Positions 10,528 to 24,559 of a DNA stretch of 42,252 nt are shown piece after piece. The notes beneath the pieces were generated by a model that saw nothing but the letters and a program-made list of their open reading frames with translations, had not been told where the DNA came from and ran no database searches. This DNA comes from Parvularia atlantis (Eukaryota): assembly GCA_943704415.1 (NCBI GenBank), contig CALSCO010000936.1:1-42252 (forward strand), given 5' to 3'. Both the position numbers and the translations under genes were made by a program. How positions within the stretch are numbered: the stretch's first letter is position 1; each line of letters begins with the position of its first letter.

Positions 10528-13500
10528 TCAGAGGTCTACAAAGGGGACGCGCGGCTGCGCCGTCGGGACCACAGGCCGCGACGAGACGAGCTGCGGCGGG
10601 AGCAGTGCGAGCAGCCGCTCGCGGTCGTCGAGCACGAGCCGCGTGCGCCGCCCGTTGCTCTGCTCGACCACGACGCCACGCTCTGGCACACGACGGGTCA
10701 GACTGCACACCTAGCCGGAGCAAGCAGCACACGCACCGTCGCGCACAAACTGCCGCACGTCCTGCAGCGCCAACTCGCCGAGCAGGTAATCCGGCACTGG
10801 CGCGCTTTCGTGGAACTCGCTCGCGGCGACAACGAGCACGCGCCACGGCGTGACCAGGCACAGCTTGTCGCTCGCGAGCTGCATCGTGACGTGGCCCTGC
10901 AGCGGCTCGTCCTCGTCGCCGTCCCGCCGCGATTCATGCTGCCGGATCGCGCGCAGCACGTGCGCCGCGAGCGCGGCTTGGGCGTCGTAGCGCCGCACGA
11001 CGCGGTCGCCGCTGATGTGCGTCTGGTACCTGCCAGTGATCGCCAGCCAGCGCACGCCGTGTCAGACCGCGAGGCAGCACAAGAGGCCGCGCACGCACCG
11101 CACGCGCGGCGGGTCCCTGTCGGCGAGCGACGACTGCATGCCTGCTGTCACGTTCGACGCGAGGTCAAACAGGCCCGCCGCCGGCTTGGTGAACACGCCC
11201 TGCCACGCTCGTGTCAGCAACGGTAGACGCAACAGCGCGGCACAACGCACAACCACGCCGCGGCCGAGCCCGCGGAAGAAGCCCTCGACGCCGTCGGCCC
11301 GCGCACCCTGCAGCGGCTGCTGCACAATGCCCGTCGCGCCCTGCAGCAGGCCCGTGCCGAGACGCGTCACGCCGCGCGAGAAGCCGTCGGCCGCGTTGAC
11401 GGGTGCCGCGGTGCGGTGCTCGCGGCCGCGCTGAAAGTCCTTGTCGAACGTAGCCATGGCGAGCCTGCGCACGCCGCAGTTGTTAGCACTCGCGACTCGT
11501 GACCGTCACGCCACGCCACGCCACACCCACACCACGCACCCATTGCCGACGTTGCCCGTCAGCTTGGAAGTCGTGTTGAGCAGGCCGTACGCCGAGTGCC
11601 GCAGCAGGCTGCCGAGGCCCTTGCCCAGGCCGCGCATAAAGTCCTCCTCGCGCTGCGGCTGCTGGAACAGGTCACGGAAGCCCACGCCGATGTTGCGGAA
11701 CAGGCTGGACGGGCTGCCAAGCACGTCGGCCGCGCCGATCAGCTTGTGCCACTGGCCCCACAGCTGGCGCTGCGAGGCGGTCAGCTGTGCTAGTGCGCGG
11801 CCGCAAAGCAACGCACAGAAAACTCCTTGCGGATCAGCAGCTGCAGCAGCGGGCGCGACATGAACACGTTCAGCAGGCGGAACTGGTCGAGCTCGAACGG
11901 CGCCTGGTCAATGTGTGCAAGCATGCCTGGACGCCGCGTGTGTGAACTACGACGGCAGGCGGTCTACCCTTGAGCGCACCGAGCGCCTTGACGGGCACGC
12001 GGCGCAGCAGCTCGTCGTCCTTCTTGCCCGGCACAATCTTGAAGCTGAGCGAAAACTGCGCGCGGCACACATCAGGCGGAGCGCACGAGAACGGCGCGTG
12101 CGCACCTTGATGTTGCTCACGATCAGCACCTCAAAGTACGAGCGCCGCAGCGTCGCCCCCGCGACAACGTCAAATGCGTGCTCGACCAGTGGGTCGTCCA
12201 GCACGGCGGCGCTCTCGGGCGCGTCCTGCGGCACAAGCTTGTACAGCTGCCAGAGCAGCTGGTCGTCCAACTTGAGCTCAAACGCGTCCACGTCGACCTG
12301 GATCTCGTTAAAGACGTCCAACGCGGCCGACTGCACGTTGTGCACGATGCGGGCCTGGTCGCATGTACGCGCGATGAGCGACCAGCACACCGGTTGTGGC
12401 GCACGCCGTACCTGCAGGAACGCGGGCCTGGGCTCCGCGGGGCCGGCTGCACTGGACGCGCTGGTCAGCGAGCGACACAGGTCGTGCGGCGCGATGTCCG
12501 AGCCCAGCAGCAACGCCAAGTTGACGTTCTGTGCGCGCGTGCACGCAATCAGCCGTGTCGCCAGCATGCGCGCATAGGCGCACCCGGCGGAAGAGCGCAA
12601 CGGGCCAGGGCGAGCCGCGCACGTGGTTGTCGAGCTGGCAGTGCTGGAGCGTCAGCGCGAGCGCCTGGCGTGTGCCGCGCAGCCGGTAGTCGATCTCAAG
12701 GTCGGCCAAGGTCAGGTAGCACAGCTCAGCCGGCGCGGCACTCACGACCGACACGCCCACGCCCTTGAGCGTCACGCGCGTGATGTGCTTCGGCGCCGCG
12801 GACTCCTTCGGCAGCCCCTCGGCCTGCGAGTCGTCCGCGTCCAGGTCGTCCTCGACCTCATCCCACGCGTCCGACGCGCTGGCGTTGCGCTGCCGCTGCG
12901 GCATGCGGCCCGGCCGCGCCCCCGCGGTCGCTGCGTGCCACTGGAACTCGCGCAGGCGGACGATGCGTGTCGGCCCGCGCCCAATCACGCGCACCGAGAC
13001 ACGCACGACGCCGCCCACGGCCACAAACTGCTCGGCCGCCGCACCCTGCAGCCGGCCCGCGTCCGTCGGCAGCAGCAGGCTGCGCTTCTCGCCAATCCTG
13101 CCGATGTCGTACTCGGCCTGGTACACTGCGTAGTTGGGGTCGGCGGCCGGGCCCCCGCCCGAGGGTACTTGCCCGAGGCCGAGCAGGAACGGCCCGCGCC
13201 AGTTGTCCCACGCAAACTGCACGGCCGAGTGCGGCGGGAGGACGATCGGGCGGTGTGTCGAACCGTGCTGGCGCGCAACGAGCGTCCGGTCGGTCTCGTT
13301 GCGCAGCACGAACGGCGCCGGGGCCTGCCGCACGTGTACGACCTGCGTCGACTTGTCCGGGAAGCTCGTGATGTTGAAGAAGACCAAGCGCGCGAGCTGC
13401 TCGACTGTGACGTACGACAGCGCCACGTGGTGGTCGCCCGGCTGCATGGCCGGGAAGGGCAGACACCACGGCTGCTCGACATTGGCCGCGGTGCCGCTGC

Positions 13501-16500
13501 CCTCGCCGCTGCCGCGCGCCACGCGAAGGCGCACGAGCCGCTCGGCGCTGTCCGAGTGGGCGCGGGTGGGCGCGAGCCAGAAGAAGGGCACACGCGCGCC
13601 TGGCGGGAGCGGCACGACGTCCTGCGCGCCCCACGCGTCCTCATGCAGCACGGGCACGAGCTCGAGCGCGAGCGGCGAGAGGTTGACAAGCATGCACGGC
13701 GGGCGGATCGTGAGGAACGACGTGCCCGCGAGCAGGTCCTGGCCCTGCGCGACCTCGACGGCAAAGTCGACGAGCATGCCCTCCGCCGTCTCGACCGTGG
13801 CCACACCCGCCGAGGGCGTGTCAAGGTTGATCACCTGCGTGAACGCGGTCTCCTTGCCCATGCGGAACTCGCCCACGGTGCGGCTCGACTGGTCCTGCTG
13901 CTGCGGGTCAACAGAGAACAGCACGGGCACAACGCGGTTGTAGGCGTGCGTCTGCTCCAGCGGCGACGTGCCGATGCGCCGCTCGCGGATGTACCGCAGT
14001 GTCTCCTCGACCGAGCTCGTGCAGCGCAGGCTGTGCTCGACGATCGCGCGGGTCATGCGCGCCGTGAACGGCGAGGCCTGCAGCGAGGGGTCGTTCGCCA
14101 GCGCGTGCTCGACCTCGTCCACCTGGCTTGAGATCAGCGCGGCCGCGAGCGCCGGGTCGTAGTCGGACGGGACGAGCGGCGGGCGGAGCAGCGCGGCGGG
14201 CAGCACGACGGCCGACGGCACGCGGAATGCGCCAAAGCGCCCGCGGCTCGCCGAGCCCACGCGCAGCGACAGCGGGTAGCCGCTCAGGTTGAGGGCGACG
14301 TAGGGAGCGCTGATGCTGACGACGGCGTCGGCGGTCTCGTTGGCGTCTTCGACATGCAGCGGCAGGAAGAGGTCGCGTCCGACGCCGTCGACGACGTGCA
14401 CGTGCGTCATGCGCTCGCTGGCCGGGAACAGCGTCGCGCTCTTGGACCAGAGGAAGACGCCGGGCAGGTGCAGACGCACTTGCAGCGCGATGTGCCGCTC
14501 GGACATGCGCACAGGCACGTGCACGCTCTTGCCACGGCCGGCTGGCGCGACGATCTTGCGGTTGTCGTCGCCACGCACGGTGAACTGGTACTCGATGTCG
14601 CACGGCAGGCAGTTTTGCAGCACGAGCGGCGTGCGCAGGAGCAGCGTGCGGTTCCTGCGCGGGGCGCGCACGTCAGCGAGCAGACCACGCGCGCACAGAC
14701 AAGGCGCGCACCAGAACGGGCCCGTCTGGCACGGCTGCGCGCACAGCATGACCGAGTAGTAGAAGAATTTGCTGCCCTCGTTCTCCGGCGCGCACGTGAG
14801 CCGCGCGCGCTCGTTGACGCTCAGCTGCAGTAGGCGCTCCCAGTCTGACCAGCGGTTCTGCGAGAAGCCGACGATCGGCTTGACACGGAAGTTCATGTGG
14901 TTCGCGACGCTCAGCGGGATCTCGAACGTCTCGCCGGGCGCGATCGGCCCCACCTCGAGGTCGCCGTCCCCCGCGCGCTCAAAATTGAGCATGACGTGGC
15001 GGTCGGTCGCGTTGCGCAGCATGTTGGTCGAGCGCAGCACGATCACCTTGCGGCCCAGACGCTCGTCCGTCTGTACCTGCACGACCAGGCCGGTCGCGCT
15101 CTGATGCTGCGTCGCCGACGGGAACGCCTCAAAGTTGTCCTCGGGCGGGCGCCGCTGGGGCGGTGCGGCGGCCCCAAGCGGCAGCGGGAAGCCAAAGTCG
15201 CCGTCGCGGTCGACGCGAATCGCGTCGGCGATGACGAGCGTGCCGGCCAGGCACAGGTAGACTGCGCGTGACACGGGCTGCTCATGCGACTGCAGCTCGT
15301 CGCGCACCGAGGCGTGCACGACCGCGTCCTGGAACGAGAACTCCCGCTCGTCGCCAGGCCGCACGTCCATCTGCACGTCGCGGCCGTCGGCGCAGGCGAA
15401 CGAGACGTCCACGCCCGTGCGGTTGCGCAGCAGAAACGGCGCAAAGTGCCGGCTGTCGCCCGTGCGCTGATCGTCTGCGACGGCTGTTGCGGTGCCGGGC
15501 GTCTCGCTGATGATCTGCGCGATGCGCGCGGCCGTCCTGAGCAGCGCCGGCGTGACGACGACGTTGGCGAGGCTGTGGCCCGTGACGTCGGCGTGCCAGC
15601 CGCCCGAGCGGTCGGCGGCCGCATGCATGTGGCACTCGACGCGCCACGGCTCGAGCGCGGGCTCCCACACCGACAGGTGCGTGTTGTAGTAGTCGACCGA
15701 GCACTCGCCCTGCACGCGCACTGACAACGCACTTGTCCAGTCCTTGACATCGGCGCGCATCCCATGCACGTCCAGCTCGATCAGCGGTACGATGCGGTGT
15801 CGCGCTGCCGCCCCAGCCAGAGACGTCGCCGAGGTCGAGCGCGAGACGCGCGGCGGGCCAGTTGTCGGCGCAGCCGGCTCCTCGCGGTCGTCGACGACCA
15901 TAATCTGCACGGCCTGGAGCACGACGCGCAGGTCGTCGCGGCGCAGCAGATCGGCCGACGAGGCTGCAGGCGCTGGTTGCGGCGGCGGAGGCGGAGGCGA
16001 GCGGCCGCGCTCAGCCACGTCGTTCTCACTCGCGACGCGGTGGATTAGCACGGGCGCCGACGCGTATGCCTCGTTGAGCGCCGCGGCCTCAACCATCGGC
16101 GCGACGGCGCCCAAGTCGTCGCCCAGGTGTGCTGACTGCGACAGCGAGCGCACGAGTGTGCCGCTGGTCGACACCGACGCGGCCGCGGCGCTCTGCCAGG
16201 AGATCGTGCGCACGACGGCCTGGAGTAGCTGCACGTCGCTGAAGAGGACGCGGCCAAGCACGTCGCCCACGCGCACGTCGAGGTGCGTCACGAGCAGCAG
16301 CGGCGCCTCTTCCGTCTCGAGCGCCGCGCGGTTGCCCTCAACGCTGACTGTGAACGGGTCCACGATCGAGACCTTGGTCGCATCGACGCGGTCCCAGCGG
16401 CCCGAGAACAGCTCTAGGTCCCGCACCTTGACGTCCACCTGCGGATGCCGGGTCAGCAAGCACGCTGAATGGCCGCGCATTCCGTGAGCGCGTGCTTTGT

Positions 16501-19500
16501 CGACCGTGAAGATCGTCTCGTAGCGCACGTCCGCCGACAAGCCGAGCACTGCGCGCGGCGTAAGACGGCAGCGAGCCGAGGCAGGCAGACGCACCGATGC
16601 ACGGCGTGTGTAGACTGGCCGCGTTCTGCACGACGTAGACGTCCGGGTGCTCGACGTGCAACGTGTAAATCTGCTTGCCACGCGAGGCGAGCTGGGTGAG
16701 CGTCGGTGTCGCGGCGGGCTGGGCCGGCGAGGCCGCGACGCCGAGGCCGCTGAAAAATTCGCCGAGCGCAAAGATGGTCGGGAAGAGCACAACAATCCGC
16801 GGCCGCACGAGGCGCACGTCCACGCGCGTCGGGCCGGCCACGAGGCGCTCGTACTCGACCGCGAGCATGCTGATGGGCGGGCCGGCGATGGCGCGGCGCG
16901 GTCCGAGCAGGTTGACAACGTGCGTGGCCGGGTCGCTGGCTGCATCGAGCAGGCACATGCTGGCCGTCTGTGCGTGCGACACACACGCCGTGGGTGAGCT
17001 GCAGAGGTGCGCAGACGAGAACGTACAGTGACGCTGGCAATGGTGCGCTCGGAGCTCATCTCGACCGCAACGTGCATGGCGGTCGCCTCACCGACGACAA
17101 ACGCGCGCAGGTCCTCGTGCTGCAGTTCGACCGAGACCGTGTCGACCTGGAGCGCGAGTCGCGTGACGGGCCCCGCAGCAGGCGCAGCAGCGGCCGTCGG
17201 CGCGGTGGCCAGAGGCACCGAGGGCGGCGTGACGGCGCCGAGCGGGTCGACGGCGACGGTGACGGGGTCCGTGTGCATCCAGTCGTGTGCCGACGCGTCC
17301 GGCGGGGAGAGCACGTCGCGCACAAGCGCCTGCAGGAACAGCAGCTCGGTGCGGCACGCCTCGATGCGCACACTCGGCACGTGCAGGCGCACGGCGGTCT
17401 CGCGCAGCTCGGAGGCGAAGGCGCCGAGCGCGATCCGCCGCTCGAGATCGCCGTTGACGTCGATGTTGCGAACGAGCTGGAGCTGTGGCCGGAGCGTGTT
17501 GTCCGGGCGGAGCACGGTCGCGCGCACTTGCTGCAGCTTGACGTGCAGCACGTCGCGCAGCGTCGTTTCGTCCACACGCAGCCGGTTGTACGCCTGGAGC
17601 CTGCCGAGCTCGACACGCACGTGCTCGTCGCTGGCGCGGTGGCGCGGCACGAGCAACACGGGCGTGGCGACGTCGACGTGCAACAGCACAACGTCCTGGC
17701 GCGCGATCGACGGCACGAGCGGCGACTCGGCGACCCACGCGGCCGGCGTCAACGGCTCCTGCTCCGGCAGCTGCACGTGCTCAAGCAGGTCACGCACAAA
17801 CGCGGCGTCGTACACGCCCTGGAGCGAGCCGACGTGCAGACGCACGCCGAGACGCACGTGGCCGAGCAGCCGCGGCACCTCGTCAGCGCGCATGACCCAG
17901 GCTGGCACGGCGCGGTCGTGAAGCGGCTGGTGCACACGCAGGTCGACGAGCGCGCGCGTCTCTCCTGCTGCAAGCCCGAGTATCTGCGCAAGCGGCAGGC
18001 GTGAGCAAGGGCAGGCGTGAGCAAGGGCAGGCGGGCAATCTGCGGCATGCGCACCTGCGCGTAGAGCGTGTCGCCCGGCCGCCGATCGAGCAGCGAGATG
18101 CGGTCGAGGTGGATGTGTAGGTCGTAGCCGGTCTGCTTGGCGGCGTAATGCAGGACGAAGCTGCCCATGTCGAACGCGGCGAAGGGCTCGCGGTTGTCGT
18201 GCACCGACACGTGCAGCTGGTGCGACTGAAACTCGACCTGCATGCGCAGTGGCGAGCTCAGCACGAGCGCTGACGGTGCAGCAGGCGCAGCGCACCAGCA
18301 GGTCATCCACGCCGGCAAGAGCAGGCGCGGTCGGCAGCGTGCGCACGGCGTCGACGTCCATGCGCAGCAGCGATGCCGCGGCCGCTGCAGATGCGTCGGC
18401 AGCAAAGATGTCCATGATGTCACGCACGGTGCGCGCGTGATGCTGAACGTGCAGCTCGTTGAAGACGACGTGCCAGCACTGCAGTGCCGTGGCCGCGTCG
18501 CGGTGCAGCAGCTCGGCCGACGCCGTCAGCGGGTCCCAGGTCGTGTAGTTGACGCGGAGCAGCGCAGCGTCGCCAGCTGCGCCCGACTTGGCCAGCGTGC
18601 GCAGATCGTCGCGCTCGATGCTGGCCGCGTTGGCGCGCATCTCGAACGTGCCCAGCTCAAAGTGCCAGCGCATGCGCGGGCCGGTCCATAGCAGCCCTAG
18701 GTGCATGTGTGCGAACGATGCCTGGTGCGGGGTCAGCGACGGAAGCATTGTGCGGCGCAGGCCGGCACCGTTGCAATCTCGCCGCGCGAAGGGCGGCGGA
18801 ACGTGAGCGTGACCTCGGGCACCGTCACGTGCACGGCGTAGACTATGCGCGTCGCTGCGGCCTGCTGCACCCTGCGCATAGCGGTCAGTCACGCGTGCGT
18901 GGCGTGGCAGTGACGCACCGCAGGGCCGTGACCGTGGTCTCGATCGAGCCGCTCGCGTGCGATGCGCTAGGCAGCGGCGCCAAACGACCGGCACGCGCAA
19001 AGTTGCCCGCAACGGCGGCCGTGATGGTCGAGAACACCTGCGCGGAGAGCGACACGCGCAGCGGCGAGACCGTGCCGCGCAGCTCGAGCACGCTCGTCGC
19101 GTCGGCAAAGCAGTGCGGCATCGCGATGGTGCCGTGCGCGGCCTCGGCCAGCGTCACCGTCGCAGCTGCATCCGTCAGCACGTCCTCTACGGCCTCGCCG
19201 CCACGCACGACGCGGCACGCCAGCCCGTAGCCGCTGCGACGAGCGCGTCAGCGACAGGCATTCGAGTGCGGGCACAAGCAAACCTCAGCACGAGCGCCCT
19301 TGTGTCGTCACCGCTCGTGAGCGAGAGCACACGCAGCGAGAGCTCGAGCGCGCGCTCGCGGTCGACGTCCTCGGGCACGACCACGGTGGCGTCGCGCACG
19401 TCCACGTCGTACATCGTCTGCGTGCTCGGCGCAAGCAGCACGGCCGAAAAGTCGCCCTCGAAGAACTTGTTGACGCTGTGCGCGGCCGTCAGCACGCAAG

Positions 19501-22500
19501 CGCAAAGCAAGGAGCGCGCACCTGTCCGAGAAAATGATTGTGCGGATGTCAAGGAAGACCGACACGAACGAGATCAGCTGCTCGGTAAAGTCCTGTGCAC
19601 GCACACTCAGCGCAGAGCCGCACGCGTGCAGGACAACGTGCACCGCAAGATGCACGAAGCGCAGCGCGCGGGCCTTAAGCGCAAACATTACGTGGTGGCC
19701 GGGGAAGCGCGGCGGCGACGGGTCAAAGAAGACCCAGCGACCAAATAGCTAGCGGCACACGCACATATCAGCCTCACGTGCGGCGCAGCAGGCACACCCG
19801 CCGCACCTCGCCCTCGGCCGTCAAGCGCGCCGTTTCGCGCCAAAGGTGCGTGTCGATCTCGCGCGCATCAACAGCCCTCGCAGCACGCACGCTCAGCGTC
19901 ATGAGCGACTGCTCGGCCGCCGCTGGGTCCGATGTCGTTGAAAAGCCGAAGCCCTCTGCGTCTGGATGTGCATGACAGTCAGCCTCGTGCCGCGGACTAT
20001 CGAGCGTGTGCACCGAGCACGAGTAGCCGCTGGCCGTTCTGGTTGAGCATGACGCGCGCCTGCCCGCAACCGAGGCGGATGACGGTCGCCACGGCGGCTT
20101 TCGCAGCGGGCTTGGCCGCGGCAGGCTGGCGCGGCGGGAGGTCGAAGAACAGCAGCGTGTCAGCGAGCGTCTCGCGGTTGAACGTGAAGTCCATCTGCGC
20201 ACTGCAGTCAGCGCGACATGCCGAGCGTGCCGCGCACTGCGCTGCGCACCTTGTCGACGTCGATGCCGAGCTCAAAGCGCTGTGCCGACGTCGCGATGTG
20301 CAGGTGCATGCCCTCGGGCGCGTGGGCGAGACGCGCAAACGCCTGCGGCAGCGTCAGCAGAGACGGGCAGAGCGGCACGGGCACGAACCTCGGGCTGGCC
20401 GTGGTCCTTGGCGTCCACGTGCTGCGCGCGCACGTCCAGCCAGAAGAGCGATGGCTCGCTGCGCATCACAAACAGCGCGGGCTCGGACCACACGGTTACG
20501 AAGAGCGCGAGCGTGCGGTCAGGTAGCTGCTTGTGCATCGCGAGCACGATCTGGGCGCGGCGACATGTCGGTGGGGATGGAGCGGGGAGAAGCTGCGTGC
20601 GCACCTTGTCGACCTCGACGCTGGCCGTGAACAGCGGCGATCCGTCGTCGCCCACCGCCTCGTCGTCGTTGTCGTTGTCTGGCGCGTCGATCTGCGCGGG
20701 CCGGTTAGTCGGGAGAAGGGCTGCGAAGCTTGGTCAGTCAGCGCACTTGAAGCACGCACACGCGCGCACCGGGCTGATCAAAGATCCAGCTGGCGCCGAG
20801 CACCGCAGCGGTGACGCTGGTCGAGACATCCATCGCGTCGTCGGCCGTGTGCTCGCTCGCGTCATAGAACGTGTCGGCGCCGCCGTCGCTGTCGCTGTCG
20901 CTCGCATCGAGCCGGTTCGCTGGCGTGCTCGGCGCCGTGACTATAACGTCGTCTGCAGTCGTCACTGGGGCAACGGGCTCGGTGAGCGTGTCGATCAAGG
21001 CGATGAACGAGGCAAAGCCGGCACGCGAGAGCGCTGCACAAACGGGTGAGCGCATGCTGGGCACCGTGCTGTCGTGCGCGCACCGATCTCGAGCAGCTTG
21101 ATACTGCCGGCGACGGCGACGATCGGGTGGGCCTTGCGCGTGTCGTCGTCGAGCTGCGCGTGATGTCGCACCCACAGCTGCATCGACATACTGACGGGGC
21201 TCAGCAGCGGCACGAGGCGGTCGCGCTGCGCGTGAATGTCAGCGACGCGCAAGAGCGAGAGAGCCGCGCACCGTGCCGACGGTCGCCGTGAGCATCTGCA
21301 GTTGCGTGACCTCGATCGTGCTCTGCGCGTACGTCGCGTGCCGCTGCCCCGCCTGGTAGTGCGGCGGCTGGCGCACGTCGGCTGCGCGTCGTCAGCAAGA
21401 CGAGCGAAGGGTACGCGCAGACGCACCCGCGTTGTGCACGACCACGCGCCCGAGATCGAGCACGGCGAGCGACGCCGACGGGTCGGTCGTGCTCGCGGGC
21501 ACAAACAGCTGCGGCAGCGCGCGATCAGCGCGGCGGGCGCTCACACAAACTGCGGCTCACCTTGGGCGCAGCGATGTCGACGTGGTAGGCAAAGGCAACC
21601 TGGGGCGCGTCGACAGTCGGGGCGCGGCGCAGCTCGCGGGCCGCAAGGGCACCGAGTGCCGTGAGCTGCGTGGAGGCGGCATCGCGGACCTCGGCCAGCA
21701 CGCGCTGCGGAATCAGGCCCACGCGCACAAAGGACACCTGGCGCGCCGTCAGCACGAGCGCTGCGCAACACGCGTCTGCGCACCGCGTCCTCAAGGAACG
21801 CGCGGTTGTAGACGATGTCCACGGTCTGCATGACGAGCCGGAGAGCAGAGTCGCTGCGGGCGTTATCGGGACGCTTCGTAAACTCGACGAGGAGCAACGG
21901 CGCCTCGCTGGCCGACTGCGTGGCGCTGATGATGTGCGGAAAGAGCGCAGCGTGGTCGGGGCTCTCGAGGTGCAGGCCGTGCAGCGATGCCTGCACGTGC
22001 GCGTGGCGCTTGTTGGGTTTCTCGCTCGCGAGCAGGGCCACGCGCTCGAGGCTCATCGACGCGAAGACGTGCGTCCGCCGCGCGAGCGACAGGCGGCACA
22101 GTTGCAGCGAGAACGAGAACGACCGCGCGATGTAGTCCTGCGACGACCGCGTGAGCACTCCGGCTGGCGCGACGAGCGGCCGTGCACCGGTGCAGTGCTC
22201 GGCTGCGCACTGTTGTCCTCGACACCATCGTCGAGCTGCTCGCTCAGGCGGCGCAGGTCCTCGACCGACATGCTCGACGCCTGCGCGGGTGACGACGCAC
22301 TGCCGGTGCCCCAGCGCAGCAGCGTCTGCCAGCCCGCGGGCGAAAGCGCAGCCGGTACTGCTGTCGGCGACGACGCGCCAGCCGCGGTGAGCTCGCGCTC
22401 GAGTTGCAGCTGCGCGATCTGGCGGAACGCGATGATCTGCTCAATCGACAGGTCCAGCTCGAGTTTGGCCACGTCGGCCTGACGCTTAGTCTGCGCGGGC

Positions 22501-24087
22501 AGGGGTCAACGCGACGCGACAGGAGACAAGGCAGGCACACACGTCGTTTGGCGCAGCGAGCAGTGCCTTAAACGCGGGGACGTAGGTGCGCCGCCGCTCG
22601 CAGGACAGCTTGATCGCAGGCCATCGCAGTCGCCGACGCAGCTCGCGCGACCGCTCGAGCACGCTACGCAAGACGTGCATTAGCACGGCCGTGCAGCAAT
22701 AGTTGTGAGGCGCACCAGTTGGCGCCAAAGAGCCACCAGGCCCGCGCATGCCCGCGCACAGGCACACCGGGCGCGTGCTTGCGGTGCCTGCTCATCGCAC
22801 GCATCAGACGAACGCTCGAGTCGGACAGCACACGTACCGGTCGGCGCGGCGGTAAAAGATGAACGCCTCGGACAGCAACGACAGCGCCGCGAGGTGCTCA
22901 TCGGCCACGCACACGCTCAGCTCGTCAAAGTCGAACGTGAGCGAGTGGTGCGCCTCGACCGCCTCGACCGCCGCCGCCGCCGACCGATACGACGCCACCT
23001 GCCGCACGGAGCATCAGCACATCAGCAAAGCGCATGTCCGCACACACCGACAGCCGACCGCTGACAGGCCGCAGCAGCTGCACGCCGTCGGCCCTGGCGT
23101 GTGCGACATGTGCGCGGAAGCCTGGTCGGGCGCTGCGTCAGCGCGGCACTGTCCACGCTGATGGCCGCACCGTCGATGAACGCGGCGAGGTCTGGAGTGC
23201 GTAGTGTGCGGTGCCCAAAGGTCCAGTACACCGCGAGCGCTTCCAGGTCGAGCAGGCGCAGCGGTGCCTTGTTGAGCTCATCTGTCCGGCCGTGTCAGTC
23301 TGATGAGCACAGAAGGCAAACGCACCAGTGTGCTCCTCGCTGCGCACGGTGACCCTGGCACGCGCTGTCAGCGCACGCACAGCGTCGGCCGCTCGCACAA
23401 GCGCACCGCGCGACCGTCACGCCGAGCGCAAACGGCGTGCCGGCGATCGCCAGGTCGTCCTCATAGCGCACGTGCAGCCGCACGACCTCGACTTGGATGT
23501 TGTTGAGCAGGCGGTTCACGAGCGCCTCGGTCACTGCGCCCGCACGCATCAGCGCAGCTCAGGCCGAGCACGCGCGCACCAGACTGCTGCGCCGGCCCAG
23601 ACGGCTGCTGCTGATGCACGCGCCGCATCGCCGCGTCCAGGTCCGCCAGCTGCTGCTGCTTGCGCCGCGCCACCACTGCCGCCTCCTGCTCGGTGCTGTA
23701 CTGCTGCTTCCGGCTCGGCTCCACCAGCGCGTACACGTCCTCGAGCACGAGGCGGATGCGCTGCGTCTTCAAGTTGGCCCACGGCACCGTCAGTCGCAGC
23801 TGCCCGATCACGCCTGCGCCCGGACATCAGCACACTGCCCGTTGTGACGCGCCCACGCACCGCGCGTCACCGCCACGGGCAGGCTGAGTGCATCGAGCGC
23901 ATCCGGGCGCAGCTCGAGGTTGCGCAGCACGACGTCACCTACGCCCGCTCGTCAGCGTACGCACGCATGTGCACGCAGCGGCGCGCATACCCGACCACAC
24001 GCCCACCGACAGCTGCTCTTTGTTCACGCCGAGCACGTACGCCCCGAGCACGCGGTTGAGCACGTCCGAGACGAGCGCCTCAAACAT
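10528..24087 (-). CDS. VPS13: VPS13-family bridge-like lipid transfer protein, many exons
   Basis: Chorein-N start MFEALVSDVLNRVLGAYVLGVNKEQLSVGVWSGDVVLRNLEL...IGQLRLTVPWANL; DYYNTHLSVWEPALEPW; VAB repeats (PFLLRNRTG, PLVLQNCLP, PFVLRNET, FAWD); LQHCQLDNH; ADVLGSPSSLFRNIG; ATG2_C-like GFFRGLGRGVVGVFTKPAAG. The last exon and stop at 10528 are less certain. Confidence 0.95.
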
Positions 24088-24114
24088 CCGCCGCGGCGAG
24101 CAACGGCTTGGCTG

Positions 24115-24511
24115 TCACGGTTTCGACTTCCGACGCAACGCACGAATCTGCTTGTACACGTGTGGACAGGACCGGGTGGCGGCGTGCAAGGGCGACGAGT
24201 TCCTCAGCCATGACCTTGACGGGCGTGTTGGGCGGGTCGACGAGGTTGCGCCGGTGCTCAGCGAGCGTGAGCGGGCCAGGACGGACGAGCGGGGCGGTGG
24301 CGGTTGGCACGCTCCGACGCCAGCTTGGCGTCGTACTTGCGCACGCCGGCCTCGATCTTGAGATGCTTGATCGCGTGCGCCGTGAGGACCGCATCCATGT
24401 AGACGTCGTAGTTGGTCGCCATCTCGCGCGCTGGTGACGGGGCCATACGAAGCCGGCAGGGGCATAGCCGGTCGGGAACATGGCCTCGAACTGGTCGAGG
24501 CATTGCACCAT
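24115..24511 (-). pseudogene. Frameshifted orphan coding relic between CysRS stop and VPS13 start
   Basis: Coding-like segments [24 protein letters not shown] / [35 protein letters not shown] / [26 protein letters not shown] / [15 protein letters not shown] lie in different frames. Confidence 0.4.
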
Positions 24512-24559
24512 GAGCGGCTGCGCGCGGAACCTATTCGGCACACCGGGGTAACCCTTCTT

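Noticed and set aside
12623..14131. Long antisense and alternate-frame ORFs (also 32106-33917, 654-1757 and many R/A-rich ORFs)
   Set aside because: These are shadows of high GC3 codon bias and stop-codon scarcity, with low-complexity translations.
12308..19108. 2266-aa single ORF
   Set aside because: It is part of VPS13 read through stop-free introns, with an out-of-frame N-terminal portion. It is not a separate giant gene.
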